A DNA stretch of 64,000 bases from Tubulanus polymorphus (Eukaryota; Animalia; Nemertea). Shown piece after piece: positions 26,660 to 37,402 of the stretch. Under the pieces are notes generated by a model that had not been told where the DNA came from, ran no database searches, and was given only the letters and a program-made list of their open reading frames with translations. Each line of letters opens with the position of its first letter. Within the stretch, counting starts at the first letter, position 1. A program made the translations under genes and the position numbers. Location: contig NC_134031.1 in NCBI RefSeq assembly GCF_964204645.1, positions 12,278,088 to 12,342,087 of the forward strand. Direction: 5' to 3'.

Positions 26660-29600
26660 AAAAAAATACTCTTTACATCTTATAACTAATCCATAAATTA
26701 CAGGAAAGTTATTTTAATCAATTAACTATCCATTATGATTTCTTATTTCTAATTTAAAATTGTTAAAATGTGGAATGCATGGTTTAAATCACACTCTGCT
26801 AAATTATAATTTATTTGTGTTCCAAATTTTTTAACATTTTTAGTGGTAAAATATTTAATATACTAGAATTACAAGTTGTATCTTTAGTTGCTTCGAAAGT
26901 TTTTGTAGGATCAATTAAATTGCAATAAATATAAAAATGTGTAAAAGGTATTATATTAGCTATACTATCAACATTTGAATAAAGTTTATTTGGTGTAATT
27001 CCTAACAGTTTAGCTAATGGTTTTCTTACTATAAATTTATGTTGTTCTTCATTAGCTAACGTTATTAGGGTTTTCTGTTACATCACAGAAAACCCTATTG
27101 AGATTCGCGTGTTTCTTATTATTATTATTATTATTATTTTTTTCCACACATTTTTTGTCAAAAGTACATAGGCTTTTTTACGTTACCGCTGTTGCCGATA
27201 CAATCCGTCTGATATCATTCAGCTCAGTTCGATCTACAAATACTCCGTGCGAATTTTGAAGAATCAACGTTACAAAAGCACTGTCGGGCCGTAAATATCG
27301 AAAATTGAGCCCCATTCAAAGAGCCGACATGTTTTTCTAAGTCGTCTTTCCGAAATCAACCGCACGTTTCTTGTCACATCCATTATCAATTCAAGCATAA
27401 ATTTACAAATTTATTACCGAAAGATTGCACATTCAGTCGCGGTTTTAAAAAACTAATTTTAACAGTAACCCATTTTTCTCATCAAATTATATTACAGATA
27501 CACAGGAAATTTACTACTTTAGATTTTAAAAGCACTATGGAGCCGTAAACATCAACAAAGCGACATGTGTCACTATATCGTCGTTCCGGGATTGAGAATC
27601 AAATCGAGTACAAATTAATTTATTACTACCAGTGATTTGGCTGCGGGCGTTAAGCAGTTAATTTAGCAATACCTATTTTTCTTTACCAAATTAACCGTGT
27701 ATTTACTAAGATAAATCATGAGTGTACCGGGGAGTCGTAGGCCTAAAGTAAACATGCCGAAGAGATATAGTGGAGAAAAGCTGTTATGTCGACGAGGTTT
27801 CAAAATAAAATAATATATTACTTTATTCGGCCACGGGCTTCAACCTCTATATCAATACCATCAATACTCAATATTTCCTACAGTACATACCGATCATTGT
27901 CAAATGCACAAGGTATTTACTAAATACAAGTATATAACACACTTCTTTCCGTATGCTGGAGTCACACTTGAAATTTGGAGTAAGCGTTCGCTGTGGGGGA
28001 AAGGAGATCGTTCGCTTTGTCGCTCGAAGTGTTAATCGAGTTTTACGTGGCTTTAGGCCTACCGGTATTGAGCTTTACTGTCTCAAACAAACACAGTATA
28101 ATTGTTGCGTTTATTAACGGACTCATTGGATTGAACTTCAAAACAAAATTTTCGACATTTAGGAGGGTTGTTATTCAATAGGCCCATGACCAATCTGTCC
28201 GGATGTTAGGCCTACGCATATACGTAGGCCTACATAGGCTAGTAGCCTCTACTAGGTTAAAGCTAAGTTCACTGTAAAGGAGGAATCAGATTTATTAAAG
28301 TGCATGTTAATTAGTGATTTACTGGTTCTGACTTGTAACGATCAATCACAATTATCAATTTTATTGACAAAAATGAAGATTTTTTTGAAAATTTCATCTG
28401 AGCAGACAGCTTTATAAGCCAGACTTTTCATCATAAATGAAACTGGTATTTCTTTAATTCCTATGACTTAAGCCGGGGGTGGATCGGCCATGCGATGGCT
28501 TGTGACTCACTGCGAGGCCATTCACTGCGACCGCCAGCGACGATTGTGTCGCAATGACTCATTGACCTACGCTCCCTTGCGACGGGTTGCGACTGTCAGC
28601 AACACCAGTCACAAGGAGTCGCACGTGCTCTACTTTCTGCGACCCGACACGACTGTCACAACCGACCTACGCGCTTTTGCAACTGACAGAAACTTTAGTC
28701 GCAAACAGTTGCTGACAATCGTATCGCAACCGACTTGCACCGAAACTAGCGATGCAACGCAATGATCGCATCGCGTCGCAAGGCCGACCTACGTCCGGCT
28801 TTAAGTTACTGCAGAGGACCAGAAATATCTTTTTCGTTCAAAAGACCTTTCGCTTGAAAATTCTTACGTCTGAACAAAATTTATTTTGTTCGAACTAATA
28901 ATATTCTGTTCGATTGAACCAATTTGAAAAAAATGGTTAGAACAAAGTTGAACAAACTTTTTTCTGTCCAAACGAAAGGTTTTTCGTTCAAACAATCGTT
29001 CGATCGAACAGGATCGTTTTAATTTGGACAGAATTTTCCTGTCGGATCATTAAGTTTTTCGTTCGAACAAGTATATTGTAAAAAGTTTTTTCTCCGAATC
29101 AAAAGTATTGAGTAGTCCGTTCAATCGAAAAGAATTGTTTTCATTCAAACATTCATTCGAAAAAAATAGTTTTCGCTCAACCAAATTTTTTGCCGGGAAA
29201 AAAGTTTTTCATTTCAACAATAACATAGCTTTTTATTCGAACAGATTTTTTGTCAGAATGAAGAAAGGTTTTGGTTCACACAAAAAGCGTATTGTTCGAT
29301 CTAACAGAATTGTTTTCATTCGAACAAGATTTTCTTGTCGGAACATTAAGTTTTTGGGTAAACAGCTATTAAGTTCGTTTTGGAAATTTACTCGGTCTGG
29401 TATATTTTGGATTACTGTGTATGTCATTTGTCAGGACATTAAATAGAAGACGACTTAGGATACTACCTAGCATGACTCCACTAGTTAGACCGACTTATTC
29501 CAAGATGAGGCGTTCCGTTGATTTCGGCTACAAGTTTTTGTTCAGAGATAACTGCTGAGCCATTTGGGCGACCTATCATTGATACTGTTTCCTAATAGCC

Positions 29601-30071
29601 TGTTTAGTAATGGCTGATGTTGTGCCTTATCAAATGCTTTGTCCAAATCCACCGTTGAACAGGATTCTAAGACTGTGCAGAAAACCCGTTATCGCTGCTT
29701 GGCAGCTATATTTCTTAATTTATAATTACTATCACTTTTTAAAAATTTAATTCCAAATCTAGGAGCTGCGCTCATTTTTGTTTTAGCTTTTCTATTAATT
29801 TCTTGCGCTAAAGTCTCTAAATTATATAATCCTGGTTTTATAAATAGATGATACCATTAATTTTTCTCCTAACATGAATCATAAAACATTATGATCAAGA
29901 CTTTTATCCGATACATTATAAAATGAGTTACATAAACTTACATTTACACTTACATTTCAAATCTACACAATTTTTAAATTCTCTATCTAATTGTACTAGT
30001 AAATTATGAGATTTATAATTTGTCAGTCTTCTTGAATCAACAAATATTCTGTATTCTTTTAATTCTACCAT
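26660..30071 (-). pseudogene. Probable penton/minor capsid protein gene, split by HINE family A copy 1
   Basis: MVELKEYRIFVDSR...CNSFYNV...FIKPGLYNLETLAQEIN...[insert]...PLAKLLGI...FYIYCNLID...SILNILPL, fitting the Polinton minor-capsid pattern (P.G.Y, LLG, IYC.L). Removing 27066-29712 restores the frame KLRITLAN. Confidence 0.65.
27066..29712 (+). mobile_element. Helentron-associated non-autonomous element (HINE) family A copy 1
   Basis: 5' hairpin TAGGGTTTTCTG-ttacatca-CAGAAAACCCTA, (TTA)n, 3' subTIR cagaaaaccc, hairpin gctgcttggcagc, end tatatt. Inserted in TT with no TSD. Confidence 0.85.
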
Positions 30072-30846
30072 TTATTTTACATATTTTTATACTATTCGAA
30101 ATCTATATCATGGTGCCCTTTTTCATTCTTACCTTTGTATATGAAATAGAAATCACCAGAACATAATTCTTCAAAGGGATTCCAAATTATCTTCTCTATC
30201 TCTTCAATAAACATTTCATGATCTTCAGATCTTAAACATTTCATCTTGTTTTCTAACTTCTTCATTGAATATACAATTGATGTAATCTTTGAAATGAATG
30301 TTTTTTTCTACTACACTTTTGGTTATTCCTTTTAACTTTTAGCTTCATGAGTATTGGTTTTATACGAATACATTTTAGATCGAATTCCAATGAACTCTAT
30401 CATTTTTTCACCTCCTAATTCATCTTTGAATTTACTGGGCACCTTTTTATTATCATTGTTAAACAATTCATGACCTTTTGGATAGTTACTACAGTTGAAA
30501 TGTTTTAATGTTTTCAAATCATCTGTTATGTTATTAGTTTTTATCTTTAATATGTAACTGTCAGTATCAAAATATAAGATTTCTATATGCTTTTCTCCAA
30601 AATGTGGTTGTAATACGTTATAATAGAATTCATACATTAATAGTTTTGATATTTCTAAAACTGTTGCTCCAACATAAATTGGTTTATTAAATTTGATACT
30701 TGTTCTCCTCATTTTAACTGCAGCTAAATTCTCATCAAATATTCTGTTACCACGATAGGTAAAACACAATATCCGTGTTGACGCGATGAGGAGAGAATCC
30801 CACAATGATAATAAAAAGTCCGAAAATGAAACTTCGAGATAGTAGT

Positions 30847-30892
30847 TTATTCAACGTTTCGACTATATCCTAATAGTCATCTTCAGGAATAA
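30847..30892 (-). ncRNA. Minimal type I hammerhead ribozyme, 3' pLTR copy
   Basis: Minus strand reads ttattc CTGAAGA t GACTAT taggat ATAGTC GAAACGTT gaataa: stem I, conserved core, stem II and palindromic stem III. Confidence 0.85.
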
Positions 30893-31201
30893 TGAGATAC
30901 TACAGAAATTATGAGATATATATACAATCCAGGGACAAAGAGACTAATTCAAGTAATCAGAGATGATACAAACTAAAGGAAAATTAACGTAGAAACAGTT
31001 ACACGCTAAAATAGATTAAAGGGAAGCAAACTAAGGGGTGATTATAAACAACAATAGTGAGTATAAATATAAATGAAACTTAAAGTCAGTAGTAAAAAGA
31101 AAGACAAACTAGGGGGCATTTAAATTAAAACAAAGGTGAATACAAGTTAAGTCAGAGACGAAATTGATGAGAGAACAAAAAACAAATAATCAAAGGGGAA
31201 A

Positions 31202-33605
31202 TCAAGTGTTGAGTTTAACCAGTTTACAGAGGAATTTTGATATAAGTTTATTATGGGGTGAAAAACCATTGTTAAGGTTTACAACGTTGTTCGAATTTTC
31301 AATAATTAATGCAGATTCCACAATATGTCTTCTAGTTTTATCGCTGCAAGGGTAAACTAATTCAGCATTAGCAAAATCAAAATTGTGTGAAGTCTGAAAA
31401 ACATGACTAGCAACTCCGCTTTCAGGTTTAAAGTTTTTTACATCTAATTTATGCTCTTTTATGCGTTGATTAAGATTCCGACCTGTTTCTCCTATATAAA
31501 CTTTGTCGCAAACTTTACAAGGTATTTTATAAATTCCACAGTTTAGGGATTTGGTTTTCGGTTTGTTGTTAATCAATATGTTACTAAGTTTATTATTGTA
31601 TTTAAAGATAAGTTGTTTATTTAGTGACCGAAGAGAAACTTTAGAATTCTCGAGGAAAGGTACATACGGTACAATGATAGGCTGTTTATCGGTAGCCAAC
31701 GTAGGAGTTCTAAGGTTGTTATTTCTAAAATGCGTAGTACGAGCTTTAAGTAGAGCTTTTTTCAATAGGAAATCGGGGTAGGCAAGTTTTTTGAGAGATT
31801 GGTTAATATGGTGAATTTCATCGGGTAGAAATGAGGGGTCGCAAATTCTCAAAGCGCGAAGAAATAATCCTTGAGCTAAACCGAGTTTAATATCCGGAGA
31901 AGTAAAAGAGAAGTAATGGAGGTAGGATTCAGCGTTGGTAGGTTTCCTATAAACCGCGAATTTCAAAAAGGATCCACAGTTAAAAATCAAAACATCCAGA
32001 AAAGGTATTTTACTATTAGATTCCCATTCATACGTAAAAGCCAGAGACGGGTAAAGGGAGTTTAAATATATAAGAAAGTTATCAACATTGAAGTCAAAGG
32101 GAACCAAAGCCAGAACATCGTCAACATATCTGAGCCAGATTTTAGGGTGAATATCAGTGTAAAGAGGCAATATTTCAGATTCAACATGTTCTAGGAATAA
32201 ATTAGCTAGAATAGGACTTAAAGGATTTCCCATAGCGATACCGAATGTCTGCTCGTAAAAACAATTGTTGAATTCAAAAAAGGAGTCCGTCGTACAAATA
32301 GAGATAAGGTCGATGATACAATCCGTAGGAATGCCGAAGTTTATGTTAAGTGATGGTAATCTGCGTTTTAAGAAATCAAGAGTAGGCCCAAGAGGAACAT
32401 TGGTAAAAAGGGAAGTAACATCAAATGATATAAATTTGTCGTTGCCAGGGATAATATTCTTAATACGTTCAAGTAAGTGTTGATTATGGCGAAGGTGCGA
32501 CGGAGAGAACGAACCGAGCACCGGAGATAACTGTTTCGCGAGAAATTTAGATAAACGGTATGTAGGAGAATTACAATTGGAGACTATAGGGCGCAGTGGA
32601 ACATTATCTTTATGAATTTTAGGCAATCCATAGATATATGGTAAAGAGGGAAGACGTGAATGGAACTTATTCAGAGTTTCTTTAGCGGAGGGGAAACGTT
32701 TAATAATATCCGAAAGACTTCTGTTGAAATTAGCTTGCATACGAGGAAGAGGATTCGATTTAAGTTTCTTATAAACACCAGGATTATCCAAGAGAGATTG
32801 CATTTTTAACATTATAATTATTCAGATCTAAAATCACAATCTTGCCACCTTTATCAGCCTTAGATATTTTAATAGTCTTTAACTGCCGTAGTTCTTGGAG
32901 GGCGAGCCGAAATCGACGAGGTAGATATTCAAAAAGGTTCCTGTTGAGTTGATCGCATATAGCCTGTAGATTCATGAATATAAAGTTATAGTCCAAACTG
33001 TTCGGAGATGATTTGCGATATTCCAATTGGGTGACAAAGTCTAAAACATGTTTATCTTGATGAGGAAGAGAAAAATTCAAACCGTAGCCGAGAAGTTGAC
33101 ACTGAGTAGAAGATAACGTGGTTGAAGACAAATTTACTATGTTTTCGGTGTTGCTAAATCTAGTCCAAGGGCTGGAATCAATGAGTTTATTCAGTTGGTT
33201 GGTAAGATCCACGGACTTTCTGTGCTGATGATATTTTCCAGAGCCTTGAACAATAGTGGAGAGCGATTTCCAGAGGAATAGGTCCGGTACATGTGACTTC
33301 AAATAATTTTGAGATTGACGGAATTTATAGAACTGATAGTTACAGTCTTCCTTAGCACGATCTATAGCGAATTTGAGTTGCTTGTTAGCTTCGGGTGGAA
33401 ACGCAGAGCTGGAGTCGTATTTCCAAATCCAAGAAAGTGATCGCGGAACCACTTTTTCGGCATAACACTCCTGAAGGAACTTTACTTTACTTTTAGCAGT
33501 CCTGGATTTGATATAGCATTTCTCATAATTTCGGAAGCTAGCGACGAGGTACGGGAACGTGAAGAAGAAGAATTTTAATACGATATTTCGATCCGTGGGT
33601 AGCAT
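31202..33605 (-). CDS. Penelope RT plus GIY-YIG endonuclease polyprotein with a single +1 frameshift in an A-run near 32810
   Basis: KADKGGKIVIL, YGLPKIHK..PLRPIVS, SFDVTSLFTNVP, GIAMGNPLSP, RYVDD, PFLDV, GIYKIPC..C..VYIGETGR, R..EH. Confidence 0.93.
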
Positions 33606-33704
33606 GATCAAGATAGGTAAAACACAATATCCGTGTTGACGCGATGAGGAGAGAATCCCACAATGATAATAAAAAGTCCGAAAATGAAACTTCGAGATAG
33701 TAGT

Positions 33705-33750
33705 TTATTCAACGTTTCGACTATATCCTAATAGTCATCTTCAGGAATAA
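33705..33750 (-). ncRNA. Minimal type I hammerhead ribozyme, 5' pLTR copy
   Basis: Identical to 30847-30892. Confidence 0.85.
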
Positions 33751-35415
33751 TGAGATACTACAGAAATTGTGGGATTCTCTCCTCATTCTGTTACCAATTT
33801 AATTCAGGATATGTTTGTAAATGTCTAATTCCTTTGTCATTACTAACTAACTCAATATCATTTCTATTTCTAATATTTTCACAAGTCTTACCATAGAATG
33901 CATTATTCTTGAAAAAATCTTTCTCAAAATCAGTTTTAGATTTAGTTCTCTGTTTGGAGTTAAAATCTATATATTTTTCTAACCATTTAGATTGACTAAA
34001 TGAAATATATCTATATACTTTTTTAGAATCATTCCTTGATTCAAATAAAACTGCAACATTCTATAATGTACTATATAATTATATTTAACTTCCTGAGTTA
34101 CCATTAACTTTTCTGTATGAATATGATTATCGGGTTGAATTCTTTTTTGATAATTTGATAATTCTTCATGTGTTACAGTTTTATGTTCGGGACAGTATGC
34201 TAGATTTCTAGATTTAAATTTAATGTTTTCAGGATAATCTAAATCTACAACAAAGAAGTGACTAGTATCTGAATCATCTGCAATATCTAGAATTCTTTTC
34301 TTCCAATCAAATTTATCATTATTTTCATGTTGTAAAACTTCAGTTATTTGAAATACTCCATAAGGCTGAGGTTCCATCATTGCCCAACCATATAAATTAT
34401 TTGCATCTATATACAATAACTTATATCCAGGGTTATCATTTACATTGAAATATCTATCACCGAATACAACTGAAACTCCTCCTCTTATAGATTTTTCAAA
34501 TAATAATAATTGATCTATATTTGTTAACAAATCCATCTTTATATCTGTAAATTTTAATCCACAATCCCAAGTTAAACCTGGACTAGAATAACAATGACAT
34601 GGATCAATATTTAAATATTCTAGATTTACATCTCTAAACGTTTCAAATATATCAGTTAATAATAATACATCTGATTTTAAATATAAATCTACTAATTGTC
34701 CATGATTTTTTATTTTGAAATGATTCCAAATATTCAATGTTCTATCATAAACTTCATCTTTAACATATTCATTTTTTAATTCATCATAGAATTGTTCTTT
34801 TAATAATTCAGTTATATTGAAAACATTATGATTTTCATAGAATGAATATGCAATTGCCCCTTTATATCTCATTAATTGAAAGTCATCATTATTTGGATAG
34901 TGTTGTTTTAATATTTTTAATTCATCATCAACTAATGATTTTGATAAATTATCTAATGAAGTGCTTAAAAATCTATATGAAACTATAAACCTTAGACACC
35001 CAAATTGGAAAGATATAAAATTCTCAGATGTTTTAGCTAACAATGTAAAATTGTAAATTGGTATTTTATCTTTTGATCTATTTGAATTTAATCTTTCCAT
35101 TTCATTATTGATTTCTTCTATTTAATGGCATAACTGTTTGATAAATAAATGAGCATCATACCCTGATAAATTATGAAATATAACTGGAACAAAGTTGATT
35201 TTCTTTGCTTGCAAATTACAATTCTCATGTGCTGCACCCCTAAACTTTCCATTCAAATGATCATGATCTCTAATCTTTTAGATTATATGACTTTTCACAA
35301 TTAAAACATTTATCTGCAAACTCAAATTCTTCTGTATCTTCTTCTGTCATTGTAATTTCTTTATTTTCATTTAACTTTTCATTAAATTTTATTTCATACT
35401 CAATTAATAAGTCAT

Positions 35416-36982
35416 AACTAGAAAGAAACTTTAAAAGAGGACGTTCGTTTGTGAAACGCATGTAGACCCAGACACCTCCCACATTGATTGGAAAATTTGA
35501 ATACCGGCTATTCAAGTGTCATCCTACTGCGTAAGTCAAAAATTATTCTTTGGGATTCAAAAATTGAGGAATCAACCATAAATTCTGCCATAACTTTTAC
35601 ATTTATTCAAAAAATTGAGTAGGAGGCCGGTGAAGGTTTTAACGTTTTAAGTAGTTCTCATGAGACTGAATGCAAGTGGATTTAGGGGTTGAACTAGTCC
35701 TACCCTTCAGAATTTGAATGTGCCCGCCAAAAAGTATTTGAATAGATTTTCTAAGCAAAAATAAATCCAAATGGCATAAAATACCCCTTTTGGTCCTATA
35801 TATTCGGAGGGCCAAAGGAACCCCACCAATGTTTACCTTGCACTTAGATAATCATAAAATAAAAGTAGTCAGGAAGTATTAATGGCAAGAAAACTTGAGT
35901 AAAATATTTATTAAACATATTTTATAACAGGATATGATCTGTAGTCAAATGTGTGTCTGCCAGATGATGTTTCTTCTAGGCTGTTTATATCCTAAAAATA
36001 AAAAAAAACAAAAACAACGACAATAGATATTTCAATACATGTCCCCTGGACAAGAATTATTTCAGAGAGACTCTATAAAACGTGAATACTTGATTGTACA
36101 ATCTAATGGCATAGCAGTTGGCTCCAGTTGAAAAATCATTGGACAAAAGAAAAAATCAAAAAAGTTTTGGCGCTAAAAAATCTAATTTGTTGCCAGGTTT
36201 GTTTACACATGTGCGCGATGCACGTGGTTATATTATTATTTACATCTGACGTCATCGGCAGATCGCAAGCCCCGCCCCACGTGTCAATCAAATGGCTTAA
36301 AGGCAAAATGTTAAAAGAACCCTACTAAAAAAACTATGCAGTGTAACAATCCGGGATTTTCGGTACAGAATCCGACGCCAAATACCTTTCTCATAAAGGT
36401 TTTTTGGTGTATATCAGATAAATAATAATTATGATATTCACTTCATAAAATTTGAAGTGGATTGCTTCTGATTCATGGCGGCTGTATTTAGTCACGTAGG
36501 TCAAACTGACAGCATGTGTGCGTGTCGAGCGGACCATTGTGTAATTTTCAATGCTGCGAACGTCTCTAGATTCTCACAGGGCCTCTGTGCGCTCACAAGG
36601 AATTAAGTTAAGTCACCATATATGTTGACACTCACCTTTAAAGAGACTTCGTACGGTCCTCTAAAGTTAACATCTACAATACGATTTTAAAAATGGCATT
36701 TCTGTCGATCACTATACCCTCTACGTCATAAGCAACACGTGATGTGTGTAGTCACATAAACGGCGTGAAGAGCATTTTTTCAAGAGGGCACAGCAAAAAC
36801 TAACGAACTATTTTTAACCAAATTCAATCACAACTTGAAGACACCATTTCTGATGCGGAATTTGAGGAAATCCCTAACTAACTGGCTTTAAAACGACCTT
36901 AAACGTCTGTCAACCAAATCGGAAGTGCGTCATCAACCGGCAAACCGATCACATAAGGACGTTCGTTTAACGATCGTCCTAA
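35416..36982 (-). mobile_element. HINE family C element inserted in polB
   Basis: Minus strand: 5' hairpin AGGACGATCGTT-AAACGAACGTCCT, 3' subTIR aaacgaacgtcct, end CTAGTT. Inserted in a T-run; removal rejoins PolB as ENVINNFYDLLIEYE. Confidence 0.8.
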
Positions 36983-37402
36983 AAATTATTGATAACATTT
37001 TCATTTCTGTAATGATAATATTTGCTTTCAATTAGTTCAGGTTATCAGATTTAATATACAACCCGAAAGCTGCAGCTGATTGATGAATCTTTTTAATAGT
37101 ATTTGTTATTAGGGGATCTGAATAATCAATTACATCATTTTCATTAGAATTAAATTTCTTACTTTTATAATATATTTCTTTTCTATCTTGATCAGTTAAT
37201 TCTTTATTGAGCGATTCAAAATCTCCATATATTACAAATGGTACTTAATTTTTGTAATCATTTTTTTTAAATTCTAATATCTAATCCTTTTCATTGGGTA
37301 AAATCATTTTACAATAATCATGGTTATCACATAATTGTTTATGATTTAATAATGTACTTTCACTGCTGAATCTATGTAAACATTTTCTACATAGATATAT
37401 TT

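Larger units (their letters stand above)
30753..33784 (-). mobile_element. Penelope-like retroelement inserted in polB
   Basis: 12-bp TSD attctgttacca (30741-30752 and 33785-33796). Identical 157-bp direct repeats (pLTRs) at 30754-30910 and 33612-33768. About 20-bp inverted pLTR fragment at 33767-33786. Confidence 0.95.

Noticed and set aside
30332-30805. Chimeric ORF fusing Penelope pLTR sequence to the PolB C-terminus
   Set aside because: It starts at TTG, is an incidental in-frame junction, and the PolB part frameshifts downstream.
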